A stretch of DNA of 64,000 bases from Podarcis filfolensis (lineage: Eukaryota), in assembly GCA_964270895.1 (NCBI GenBank), contig OZ185440.1; one strand, given 5' to 3'. A program made the translations under genes and the position numbers. Below, one piece after another: positions 12,431 through 24,640 of this stretch. The notes beneath the pieces are model-generated. The model saw only the letters and a list, made by a program, of their open reading frames with translations. It was not told the origin of the DNA and did not search any database. Position 1 is the first letter of the stretch. The number at the start of each line of letters is the position of its first letter.

Positions 12431-14651
12431 AAGGTATGGACGTGCTCTACACCAAGAGTAATCAGCTGCCATAGCATCTTTAATTTATTTCTGCCTGAGA
12501 ATACTTGCTGAGAACAAAACCAGCAGTTCAGGAAGATCATTTCGTTTGAAAGATTTTTTATTTGAAAAGCTGTCATCCTGCACCTTGTCATATCCCTGCT
12601 CGCAGAAGAGGAACTTTAATAATGTGCCACCTCCATGCAAATGAGCTACTAATTAATTAAGTACTATTCTTCTGGGGATAGATTCATTAGAATCAAATTT
12701 GGGGAGCTGGGCAGACAAGGTTGGTTTTTCTTTTATCATGATCTGGTATTTTATTTTCCCCACGAGTCTGGACACTAGAGATTCAACTGATCAAAATGGT
12801 ATGACCTCCCTTCTTTTAAGACAAAGTACAGTAGGTGGAGCCAAACTCATAATTCAGTCCCTTTGCCTTAACTGCGGGCCAACTCCTTTGAACATAAGTG
12901 TGTAAAGGATTGCCGCCTTACACTGCCTTGCACAACAGCAAGAGCAACACTCTTCTTCCTTCCATTGTACAGTAACAACTAAAAGCAGCCCAGACATTCA
13001 AGGCTCATAGTGCATGCACAGAATAACATATCCAATGACAAATTCTGAGTAGTGCTGTGCAAAAACCCAAAATGTAGTAGAACATTGCTTGCAGTTCTGC
13101 ATAACTCTCTACAACTGATGTTCGCTTCTGTGGAAAGACCAATAGCAGGGAAATTTGTACCTTTAAAGCAGGAACTTTAAAAACCTGTTGACACCAATCC
13201 TTATGTTGCCAATACCATTAGCAATGCATAGAGGGAGGCAGCTGCCTCAGACAGCAAATGCTGAGGGAGAGGGGAGTATGTAACAGCAGAAATGTGTTGG
13301 AGGATAGAGCTGTGTGGGCCACATGAGCCCCTAAGCTAGACTTCTGCTATGGGGAGGACACTGTCCTATCACTAATGTTGAAATAAGATTGCCAATTTGA
13401 ACAAGTCCTATATAAAGGATGGGCGACACCACCTGTCTTTTGCTTCAGGCAGCAGTGTTTCTTGGGATAGTCCTGCCTTTATAAAGAAGCATGGGAGTGA
13501 TTCGGTGAAATGTATTGTTATTGATAACAGCAGAACCACAAGAAAGCTCTTTTATCACATCTAGATTGGTGTTCGGCTTTCCCTTTTTTTGCTAGGAAGT
13601 TCTACAGAAAGCCCTGTTAGTATTGTCCATTCATGCCTCTCCATGCCCATCGACATGACTAATCCCCTGACCTTCAGTGCCGATTTTTCTCCCAGAAGAT
13701 AACTGTTTCACAGTAACAGGTTTTACAGCTGACAGGACAGCACACAGCCTAAACTAGCTGAGTTTGGTTGAATGACCAGGAAACATGGAATAAATAGCCG
13801 TTCACAGCACTGTTTGACAATAGCTCAAGTGTGAATCATTTGCTCGGGGCAATTCATCTCCATAGGAAATTGTAAGACAAGTTATCATCAAGGATAAAAA
13901 CGTAAATTGGGGGATCCTTCCATGCCAGATGAAGCTAGATCAGAATTTCAGAGATTGCTCTGGAGAGCTGTGTTTTCCCCTGTATCATAACTGGTAAATT
14001 GCAGCAAGATAATCTTGATGCACACGCGTACAAGACTACAATGCACAAGCATGCACAATGGCTGATCTCAATAGTATCTTTACTGTTGACTTTCATGGGA
14101 TAAAGATTTCTCTTTCTGTTCTTAGCACAGCATTGGAATGAATACATTCCATAATATCGTCAGAGATCTATGAAATACCATTGAATGATTGTTGTGAACC
14201 TATGAACACAATGCATTTTTAAATGGTTCCTGCTGGACTGCAAGCCATTATACGGTTCCTTTGAAATGCTAAATTTGTTTTCTTGTTTGTTTGGAGTTTT
14301 TTTTTTTTTTGTAAAAGTGTTGCAGAGGCATCCAAGTGGAAACTGCTGATGCAGCCAGACTCCCTGTGGTTAAGGATCTAAATTAAACGTAATAGCTGGA
14401 AATCTTACTAATATTATTATAATTAATAGTTGCTCAGAAGTTTTTCCTAATTGATAATTATCCAATCTTGAATACCCATAACTTCCTGGGAAATCTCTTG
14501 GTGTGGTAGCAGGACAGAAGTTTTCACACCCACTCTTCCCCCTCCAGTTGCAGAGGAGCTTGCTAACTCCTGTGAGTGGCTTTGTTTCAAGGCCAAAAGA
14601 AATTGAGGAAAACCTTGCATGAGCCAATCATTGGTGCAAGGATGTCAAAAT

Positions 14652-14884
14652 GGACAAAACCTTCTTGGTAGTGGCACCCTCTCTGTGGAACACCCTCCCT
14701 TTAGATGTCAAGGAGATAAAGGATTACACAACTTTTAGAAGACATCTGAAGGCAGCCCTGTATTGGGAGGTTTTTAATGCTTGAAGTTTCTATTTTGTTT
14801 TTAGATATGCTCTAAGTTGCCCAGAGTGGCTGGGGAAACCCAGCCAGATGGATAGGGTATTAATAAAAATAACCTAATAATAAT
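14652..14884 (+). mobile_element. L2-type LINE 3' end
   Basis: gtggcaccctctctgtggaacaccctccc...agaagacatctgaaggcagccctg...cccagagtggctggggaaacccagccagatgg followed by a (TAA)n tail; recalled lacertid L2 3' end. Confidence 0.75.
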
Positions 14885-14969
14885 ACACTGGCTGTTGATG
14901 GAAACCTGCCATTTACAGTGCAGAAGATTACTGGCTGTTCCATGTTAGGAATATGCTCTATGTTTTAAA

Positions 14970-14970
<1 letters not shown>

Positions 14971-15009
<39 letters not shown>
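14971..15009. repeat. (TG)n microsatellite
   Basis: Direct reading. Confidence 0.98.
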
Positions 15010-15012
<3 letters not shown>

Positions 15013-15050
15013 GACTACAATTTGCAAAGACTGGACCTGCCCCTTTCAGT

Positions 15051-15227
15051 TTCCAGAGGGGTAGCCATGCTGGTCTGCTTGCAACACACCCAACAGAGTC
15101 TTCTAGCATCTTAATCATTGATAAATGATCTCATCCTGAGATGCAACTGCTGAAGAAATCTCCAGTCCACAAAAGCTTATGCTATCATAAACGTGTTAGT
15201 CTTTAAGGTGCCTCAAGACTCTTTGTT
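15051..15227. mobile_element. Penelope-like element terminal fragment in inverted arrangement
   Basis: ttccagaggggtagccatgctggtc... on one side and ...aaagcttatgc...ttagtctttaaggtgcctcaagactc on the other. Arms 15096-15114 and 15203-15221 are inverted (15/19). Confidence 0.55.
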
Positions 15228-17152
15228 ATTTATCATATTGCAACTGAGGCTCATGCTCAGAAATGCCATTCTGGATACCTTTTTTTTTATGGCCTGTAAA
15301 TACATTGGCTTAGGCGTCATGGGATACCTCAGGTCTCAACTGGGGATAGGTCGTAGCAGTAGAAGTGTGAGTCAGTGACTTGATTCACTTCTAACACTAA
15401 GCCAAACCATGGCTTGGAAAAAACACACAAACATGCAGGTTGGCAGCAAGGAGATCATGGCTGTTTTGCTCCTTCTCTGGTTCTACTGCTGCTTCCTTGC
15501 TGTGAGCTATGTACGCTGTACCTGGGCTTGTGGTTTGTCTCATTTCAGACAAACTATGGTATGTAAAAAAGAGTATCCTCTTGGTTTACCACAAGCTCAG
15601 GTTCAGATGACACACTAAGCCAAGCCATGACATAATTCACAGCAGCAGAACTGGAAGAGGAGCAAAGAGATAGCAATCCAGCAAGTTTGTAACTGCATGG
15701 ATTAGTGATGTGCTGTGAAACTGAGCATCATGAACAAATCTGGGATGTATAAGTAGTAGCTGAGGACCAATCTTTATAACAGGTTCAATGGATGAAAGCA
15801 TTTGTGCCCCAGAGGCTGGCAAGAAGAACTGGTGGGACTCAATTGTTTGAACCTGCAGTCATTTTGGATAAATAATGAAATCTGCCACAGGTCTCAACAC
15901 TGCTCTAGGCAGTCCCATATGCTTGTTGCTTCATGCCAGGGTGACTTTTAACATTCACATATGAAGCTGGCTTATACAAGAGCCAGCTATTAGTTGAAGT
16001 CTGCTTGAATGGACAATGGCTCTCCAGGGGTGAAGGCAATGGTCTCTCCAAGCCCTGCCTGTTTGATATCTGTTTGTTAGCTCATGATGCTTTGGCAAAC
16101 TGAACCTGATTTTGTGTTGGTAAAATGCTCATTGCTTTCCTTAAGCACTTAAGAACATTTTCTGGAATGTTTAATCTTGTTATAAACAAGCTGCAACATG
16201 TATCCTCTGGACAGGCAGTTAGAAACGTAAAGAACATTTTAATTAGGCATCTCCCCAAAGCAAAGTAGGGGCCAAACAGGGAGAGTGATTTATTGGGACA
16301 GGTACCAGTTGGAATGTATGCCATCATCTTGCAAATGATATTATGCCAAGCAGCTTTCACACTGAAGCCTAACTCTGGAAACTTCCAGTTACTTTGTACC
16401 CTGTGGGATCCACAGGGAGAAGTTTGCCTTGCCTAAGACCATACACAGGTTTCTGTCTTCATGCACATGGTTTTCTGGAAGATCATGTGTCTCCCCTACC
16501 CTATATTTTATAGCAACACATAAAGGGATTCAAACTTGCTGTGACTGAGATGTTGTAGCTGGCAAGAGCCTTGAAAAAAAGAACAAATTCAGACATTTGG
16601 CCATTTTTTAGTTTATAATCACATAAAATAGCATTTTGTTAATTGCATACATTTAGCTTATGTGTAAAAAGCCAAACATAATTATTTACTTAGATCATTC
16701 TTCCAACCAATAATGTTTTCTGCCTGTGTCTCAGCTGGGTGGAGGCTGTCAGCAGTATGCCTCTTTGGAAATTGGTCAGTCAGGCTAGAAGCTGAAACCC
16801 AAGTCACAGAAAATTCCTCCCTTATCAAAGAAATGAACTCTTTGAAGTAGATGATGTCGCAAACCCATGTGGGTAAGGAACTATCTTTTGAAGTTTGCAT
16901 ATAACAATTGGCAATTAGTAGAAAACTTACACAGGGAAAGAAGGCTGCATGTTACAAGTCCCACTAGTATACTTAGGCAGTGTGGCTATTGAGATATTGA
17001 TTCAGAATTGGCAACAGGAAAGCTTAGATTTGATGCAAAAGGAAGGGATAGAAGAGGTGATAGTTGCTCCTACACATATTCAGGAACAAAGTACAGGAGG
17101 GTCTGGAAAGCTCAACTGTATTGCATCCATTCTGGTTTACAATATTAATATA

Positions 17153-17394
17153 CAGTGGTACCTCGGGTTACAGATGCTTCAGGTTACGGATGCTTCAGGT
17201 TACAGACTCTGTTAACCCAGAAATAGTACCTTGGGTTAAGAACTTTGCTTCAGGATGAGAACAGAAATCGTGCGGCGGCGGCGCGGCGGCAGCAGGAGGC
17301 CCCATTAGCTAAAGTGGTACCTCAGGTTAAGAACAGTTTCAGGTTAAGAACGGACCTCCGGAATGAATTAAGTTCTTAACCCGAGGTACCACTG
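17153..17394 (+). mobile_element. Tc1/mariner (Tigger-like) MITE, 242 bp
   Basis: Perfect 18-bp TIR CAGTGGTACCTCGGGTTA. TA target duplication at 17151-17152 and 17395-17396. CpG-rich interior suggests a young insertion. Confidence 0.93.
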
Positions 17395-17821
17395 TACAAG
17401 TACAGACACTTTCATCTTTCTGCCACACAAGTATATGTCTCTGAAGCATATTCCTTGAAGGGTAGAACTTATCAGAAAGTTTGTTCATCCAGAAGCATCT
17501 GGGACCCCAAGGAACCAGAAACAGATTCCCATAAGAGTGTTGCAATTCAGCATTGCAGAGGATTTGGCAACATATGTGAATTAAGGAAACTAATCCAGCT
17601 GCCTGCCGTCTCTGCCCACCGCTCCCATCTCTGGATGGAGTCCTAGATTCCTAGATCATAGGGAGAGGAGATGTGTATTCCCAGATGGAAGCCTTATGGG
17701 TTCCAGATTAAGTTCCAAAGTGCAAAATGGCAATAAACAACTGGGGTGGATTTTTAGCCTAGTAGATGCCTGCTCCTGGAGAATGACATAAAGCAGTTCA
17801 GTGAAAAAGAACAGAAAGCCA

Positions 17822-17923
17822 GGAAGCTGGGACAGAGCAATTGAAGCTCACCACTGTCATGCAGATTCGAACTGCGGACCTTCTGACTGGCAAGCCCAAG
17901 AGGCTTAGTTGTTTAGACCACAG
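17822..17923 (-). mobile_element. Sauria SINE 5' (tRNA-derived) fragment
   Basis: Reverse complement reads ctgtggtctaaacaactaagcctcttgggcttgccagtcagaaggtccgcagttcgaatc..., matching the heads of the 20513 and 42243 copies. Confidence 0.8.
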
Positions 17924-19275
17924 ATGCTTCATGTGTATTGTTAGGAAGGAAATGAGGTAGTGATTCAACACTTAGAATCCTGAGGCAAACTTAAGAACTG
18001 CTAGAATCTTTGAATTCCCAAACAATTGTTTGTGCTTCTTAAGGTAATCTGTCTCCCTTGTTGAGAATCATGCGACTGTAGCAAATTAACAAGAAACTGG
18101 GCACAGAGTTCTGTGCAGAGAAGAGCACAACACACTTGGGGGCGAGGCTGGACAGCTCTCATCTTCTACTTGTCTTCACCATCACATTGAGACTGTCCTT
18201 AAGTGGAAACAGGGCCAAGTCTTCTCTCATCCATGAAAACAAAATGAGCAGTTGGGTCTAATGATGCAGTACAGTGCTAGTGAGAATCCTGCGCAGGATT
18301 TTCTGAATATGCAGTTCTCATGAGCTGCTGGGCTGAGCTTATACAGCTTGCATCCCTTATATTCTTCCTTGAAGGAAGCCAGTGTAAGTAATGCAGCCAA
18401 AGGACAGAACTGGGTCAGGATAACAATAGGCAAGCCGTACTAACACAGGAGGCTAGAGGAGAAAAGCAATTAGGTTGGGCTCCTGTGGTCCAGGTTTCAG
18501 ATGTCCAGTGTCAGGAGGTCAGGTTCAAAGCCTGCTCAGGCAGGATAATATGATTAAACCTGATGGCTTTTCTGCTCATGACCTCCAGGGCAGTGACCCG
18601 GAGTGCCAAGCTTTAGATGGTGCAGTCATCAGCACTAGGAATTACAGCAAGCTTTTGGGAGTTCCTCACAGTTCCATGAAGGAAACAGTAAAAACTCTGC
18701 AGAATCTTCTCTGTGAGAAAACGGAGGCAGGTGCCTGCTTTGGTAGATGCCATTCTGACCATCTCAAATTGTATGAATATTAAAATATGCCATAGGCAAG
18801 CCTACTCTGGCTGTACTGCCTGGGGCTGTATGTGGGTTGTAGTCCAAAACATTTAGAGGGCACCTGGTTGGGAAAGATTGCCGAAGACTCAACTGAAAAA
18901 TCACCTGTCCCAGAAATCAAATTCATTGTACCTGGCATCTCTGAACCCCTCTCTTCAGCTGTTGTTTCTTCTAACTTTTTCCTCTCTCTCTTGAACTTCC
19001 CTAGCATATTTTGCGAACCACCCTGTGATCTTTGGATGAAAGGTGGTATGGAAATTTAATAAATAATAATGAAATGATAATAATAGCATATATCAAGCCA
19101 GACGTGTCCTTCATTCTTTTTGCCTGTCCTCAGCAGTTGTGGTTCTGATCCTGCAGAAAGCTTCCCCCTCACATCTTTTTGAAATGACCAGATGCAAAGG
19201 ACGGCAATGCTCCTGTACATTTAAGAGCAATAGCTGTAGGTGCAGTTTCTCTCACCCTTAAATAACAAGTATCAG

Positions 19276-19435
19276 GTTTGTTTATTTGCTTTCTTACATT
19301 TATATTCTGCGCTTCTTCCACCATGGAACTCAAGATGGTGTATGCTTGTTTCTCATGGTGGCCCCCTCATCCAGGCACTAACCAGACCCAGACCTGCTTA
19401 GCTTCAGCAAGCTGCCAGCCTCGTGTGCCTTCAGA
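19276..19435 (-). mobile_element. 5S rRNA-derived SINE (SINE3-type) with L2-like tail
   Basis: Reverse complement 19350-19435 has gaagctaagcaggtctgggtctggttagtgcctggatg, versus vertebrate 5S gaagctaagcagggtcgggcctggttagtacttggatg. Followed by cttgagttcc...gaatataaatgtaa...aataaacaaac. Confidence 0.75.
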
Positions 19436-20512
19436 AGAGGGCTATAAAAACCCCCTCTCCATTACATGACTCTTAAACAGGCAAAAGTTCTATTCTTCAC
19501 ATTTCATAATCTTACCTGACCCACCAGTGGATAAACACAAGGATGTTCCTTTAGCCTCCTTACAGCCTCTAGACTATTAACTGCACTACATTTTTCATGT
19601 AATTAAACAGAAAACTCTAATCCAGCGTAATTAGCTCCCTCATTGCCAACGTCAGGCAGAAAAACACTGTTTTAATAGTCTTTCAGGTCTATTTGGCTAG
19701 GAAAATACAAGTGTGTGGTTCAGTGGTTTTCACAAAGAAACAGCCCACCACCAATTGTCTTCCCCTCCCCTCCCTACTATCCTTGTAGATTTGTTTTCCT
19801 AGACAACACCAAATGATTTCCTGAGTGTAATAGGCCTGACATCTCTCAAAATACTGCATGGCTCATCTCATCCAGACAAAAAGGCTGCTACCGCATCCCT
19901 GTTGGGGTAGCAAGAAAACTGGCAGACCAAGTACCGGTAGTAGCAGTTGCCAGTTTGGGCAACTTTCCCCCCATCTGCACTTCTAACTTTGCAAACCAAC
20001 ACACACACACACATCAGGAGAGAACAACATCAGTTTTCTCAGGCCAATTCCCTCCCCACCCTGCAAACATGTCTGCCTAGAGCTGGGCTCCAGAATCTAC
20101 ATTTAGGCCTGTGAATAAAAGTGGCTGGCTTCCCAGAGCTTCAAAGCTGAGGCAGCTCTGACTGATTTCAGATGGTAAGAGTGACAGATGCTCCACACTT
20201 TGGAGAATTTAGCCACTTTAATTGGAAGCCCAGCTGTGAATTTTGGAACCCTGGTTTTTAAAACAGGCAGGCTTGGGGCAGGGGAGTGTCAGCTGAGAAA
20301 AGAGAAAATGCAATCACAACATCATACTGGCATTCAAAAATTCTCGTGTGTTCTTCCAAGTTGAAAAGGGTGCAAATGAAGATGTAGATGGGACACATTT
20401 TAAAGGTCAAAAACCACATACACATTGGCTACTTCAGAAAAAAATTATGAGTCTTCTAAAGAGGGCCAGACCCAGAACATTTGGAATTGTATCCAGCTAA
20501 GATTTGATGTAA

Positions 20513-20865
20513 GGGACGCGGGTGGCGCTGTGGGTTAAACCACAGAGCCTAGGACTTTCTGATCAGAAGGTCGGTGGTTCGATCCCAGCGACGGGGTGAG
20601 CTCCCGTTGCTCAGTCCCTGCTCCTGCCAACCTAGCAGTTCGAAAGCACAAAGTACAAGTAGATAAATGGAAACGCCATTTACCTTCCCGCCGGAGCGGT
20701 ACCTGTGTGCTGCTCTGGTTTGCCAGAAGCGGCTTAGTCATGCTGGCCACATGACCCAGAAGCTGTACGCTGGCTCCCTCGGCCAATAAAGCGAGATGAG
20801 TGCCGCAACCCCAGAGTTGGTCACGACTGGACCTAATGGTTAGGGGTCCCTTTACCTTTACCTTT
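20513..20865 (+). mobile_element. Full-length Sauria SINE with internal 36-bp inversion
   Basis: Head gggacgcgggtggcgctgtgg (A box), ggttcgatcc (B box) and (ACCTTT)n tail. 15-bp TSD taagatttgatgtaa (20498-20512) / taagatttggtgtta (20866-20880), 13/15. Confidence 0.95.
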
Positions 20866-21590
20866 TAAGATTTGGTGTTAGTTATGTTCATTAATTTCAG
20901 TGAGTTTATTCTGAGCAGGACTTGAATTGGATACAATTCTTGAATACCTAAGGGCAGGGAGACACTCCTTCCCTCTTTCATGTATGAAAGCCCTTTCAAC
21001 TGGCAGTTGTATCTTATTTTAACACTGGCAATGGGATTGTAACCTCTTAACATGCAAAAGGCCACAAACTAGTTATGGGGACATGACCAGTCATGTGGCA
21101 CAGTTCTACCACACCAACAAAGGGGAATGGCTGGGGGGGGGGGAGTAATGAAGATGAATTGCCACTATTACCCTCACCCCAGCATCTATTGCCTGAGGCA
21201 GTCATCTCACTCCAGCTAATGGTAGAGCTGGCCCTGCTTCTAACCATTTGTTTCATCAGCTTAACACTCAATATACTTGGGGAATTGGTAGAGAAAAATT
21301 GCATCTGGGAGCATTCTATTTAAACATGCATTAATTCAAACTTCTGCAGGGACAGAAGAAAACAAAATACTATAATCAGCTCCATCTGCCATAATTGATT
21401 CTCGGGAACCCATAATTCACACAATCATAGAATTATTGAACTGGAATGGACTTTATGTCATTTTGCCAAACCCTGTTCTGAGCAGGGTCATCCATTCACA
21501 ACATTCTTAAGCAACTCTTTTTGCATTGTGTAGATTAGAAGATGCCACAAATATAAGTTTGAGGATCTCCCTGATAGATGGGTCCTTAGT

Positions 21591-21591
<1 letters not shown>

Positions 21592-21630
<39 letters not shown>
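21592..21630. repeat. (AAAG)n microsatellite
   Basis: Direct reading. Confidence 0.98.
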
Positions 21631-21633
<3 letters not shown>

Positions 21634-21893
21634 TGATCCTTAGCTATGTTATAATGAAGAGGACATCTGCTGAATGTCCAAACATTCATATATATATTTA
21701 TATATATTTAAAAGGCTAAGGATCAGTCTTTTTGAACAGTCCAAGTGTAGATCCCCTGGCCCTTGGCCCTGCAGATCAGGCTTTCCCTTCTACCTCTTCT
21801 ATTTCACACTATTTGTGACTATTTGTTGAACATGTGATGGGAGCTAGAGAACTCTGCTCATAGCCTGATCCAAGGCTTCATGATCTTGGTTCA

Positions 21894-22062
21894 GGAAAGG
21901 GCCATAGCTTAGTGACAGAGCATCTGTTTTGAGTGGGAAAAGGTCTGAGATTCAATCATCAGCATCTCCAAGTGTGACTGGGAGAAACTCCTGCCCGAAA
22001 CCCTGGAAAGCCACCATCTGTCAATGTAGATAATAACCCAAAAGACTGAAGGCACCTTCCTG
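21894..22062 (+). mobile_element. tRNA-headed SINE with CR1-like 3' tail
   Basis: gggccatagcttagtgacagagcatc head, gaaaccctggaaagcc...gtagataata body, aaggcaccttcctgtg tail. Same family as 28631, 45932 and 54927. Confidence 0.65.
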
Positions 22063-24220
22063 TGGACCACCATCTCTACCAATTAAACTGGTGGGGGCAG
22101 TAGAAGGACATTGAACCTATATGCAGGTTGGAAGGGGTGTAGTAGATGAGGTGGCCACTGGCTGTCTTTGTGTGTCCAATGATGCAGTCATCAGGCTTGT
22201 CAAAGGGCTGGATCCTGGAAAAGATCAACCAATTTTTCTTCTTTTGAGACCCATTTCAGATGTCTGAAACGGAAGATTTGAAATGAGCCTGGGAGAAAAT
22301 GGACTGGAGTTTCTTGGACTGGAGTATCCATCTTCCAGAAGGAATATTACATGAACACAAAGAAGGTGTTAATAAGTGAGTCATGCAAAATGCACACGGA
22401 AATAAATGTTCTCTCCTCATGGCTCATCCCTTGGGTGCCTGGGGGAAAATGCTTTTTCTTAACCCTATGGCATTCAATTAGCTCCCAAGTCTTCCCACAA
22501 GACAAACTTTTCATAGCTCTTTAGCACAATTCCCCATAGTGCAGTAGGCCATCTTCAAGTCATGGCTATATTGGATTTCCTACAAAAGATAAAGGTTCTT
22601 CTGATGTAGGAACCCCATCCCTTTCATTAACAGCCAAATTGTGTCACTCTAAGTTTGTGCAAGTTAACCCCAGTGGTGTATTCTTTCAAATACAAAAGAC
22701 CCTAACCAGATTCATTTTCAAAGTACTGTCTCTTAATTCTGATGGATGACCCCTTCTGAAAAGCAGGCTGTTAGGTTAATCATACAAGTAGAGGAAAATA
22801 AATCTTCTTGCTTTGATAGGTACATGTGTGAGCTTATGGGCCTAAAATTCTCATTGACAAACATTTTCTTCCTCCTTACCATATTGAAGTCTGCAGAAAC
22901 TGCAGGCAGATACATTCATTGTACTAAACCCTGTAACAATCAGTTATAGGAAAATAATGCACTCCTTTTTTTACACAAAAGTTCATCTTACAGTGAAGTC
23001 CTATGTGATGTACCAGCTGACACCCATCATTGCACTGAACAAGGTAAACCAATCCCCTGCCTCAAAGTTCAGCTTTCCCACACAAGGGAGGCATCAGGAA
23101 CAAGGCATTGATTGCAACTGGAGCTTTCTGGCTTGATGACAGAACTTCAATAATAGGGCATTAGCCTGCAACAACAAATATGTAACAACTCCTCCCATGC
23201 CATCAATGCATCAGAAATAAACTCAAACATGCCGTCCCAGAGGAGTTTGGACAGATCAGCTTGTAAGGCAAGCTGTCCCAGGTGTAAGATGTTGAAGCTT
23301 GGATAACATTGGAGTGTGTCAGTTTCCCTGATCTGCAGTCTTCAGGCAAAAACTAAGCTGTGCATGCCTGCAGGACACAGAAGGGTAGCCTGAGCCTGGG
23401 TTCATCTGTTTAGTTTATCCTGCCTGCTGTTGTCAGCATCAGCTGATAGTGTCAGAGCAAGGTCCATATTTAATGCAACTGGCTAATGTTTACCATTACT
23501 AATATTCTATCAGTGTACATTATGCTTTAGAGAGGAGTCTGCAATTGAAAACAGACAGTGGAGAAGACAACAAAGAGAAGGGAGAAGATACACAAAACCC
23601 TCTGCAAGGACAGCATACAGAATCAAAAGTCAATATAAAAATCATGAAACAAAAAAGCAGCATATCAAAACAGTATAAAAATACAACAGAGTGGATCAAA
23701 CCTCATTAAAAACGGCTCATCATATATGCTAGAATGATGGTGGGGCAGGGGGCGGAATGAAGTTATAAACTGTCATATATCTGAAAACATGGCTGGTTAA
23801 GGGCAACCAGTCCAAAGTACATAACTCCCCTGGTCTATAATGCCAGAGCAGTTTGAACTTTTCATGAGTGATACAATATATCCAGGCCCCAGCTGCCTAT
23901 GTTCCTAGATAGGAGAGCAGAAAGAGCCATGGAGACAGGAGGAAAGGGGGTGGGGTGTAGCTTTTTTCTGCAAATGTTGCCAGATGCGTATAAATGGTGA
24001 GATCAGGGCTCCTCATGCATGCAAGTATTTCACAGCATCTACATGTTAGCTGCATCAAAATGTCAGCCTATGTTCTTCCCCCATTTTAATCCGGAATTAC
24101 AAACTCCAATAACTAAGAAGAAGAATACTGTTGCAAACTAGCTAGCTGAATGATCCATTTGCTCGTCTAGAGGCTCCCTGAAACACAAACAATGTTAACA
24201 TAGGTTGTGTACACGCTAAA

Positions 24221-24341
24221 CCTTTTTCTAGAAAAAGAGGTGCTAGAACTCACCATGGAACACCTCCCTCATTCACTTAGAATGGCAATGGTGCCCACCT
24301 AAGAGGTGCCGGAACTGAGTTCTGGCTGAAAAAAAGCCCTG
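24221..24341. mobile_element. Short hAT-type MITE (CAGGGCTTTTTT TIR family)
   Basis: Right end gaaaaaaagccctg. Internal repeat gaggtgctagaact / gaggtgccggaact. Left TIR decayed. Confidence 0.6.
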
Positions 24342-24349
24342 CCTTTATT

Positions 24350-24640
24350 GCACATCCACACAGAAAGCTCAGGACAAGTGAAAAACCCATGCTTTCTAGG
24401 CATAGGACATGTGGAAGTGTGGGCTTATCCATGCTTCCTCTTGTCCCACTGCTTTCCAACCCAGAAAACTGCTCTTTAGTGCTCAATTGAAGCAAACAGC
24501 AATTTGGGTTTTCTATGGATTGATGTTTGCTATGATTTAGAGCTAAAGAGTAGGTTTTCCCTGGGAAAGGAGAGGGGCAAGTGGAAAACTGCTTGGACCT
24601 GTGCATTTTAGGCATGGGACAAGTGAAAATGTGGATGAGC
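24350..24640. mobile_element. Foldback (palindromic) MITE relic
   Basis: Outer arms gcacatccacac / atgtggatgagc. Inner arms 24460-24503 and 24519-24565 are imperfect inverted repeats of about 45 bp. Confidence 0.65.

Noticed and set aside
18430-18700. Possible reverse-oriented LTR relic
   Set aside because: Only compositional resemblance; no termini or TSD found.
19350-19435. 5S rRNA gene
   Set aside because: Partial and diverged, box C is damaged, and it is fused to a retroposon tail. It is a SINE head, not a gene.
20513-20600. tRNA gene (also other A/B-box segments)
   Set aside because: No complete cloverleaf, and each continues into a SINE body.
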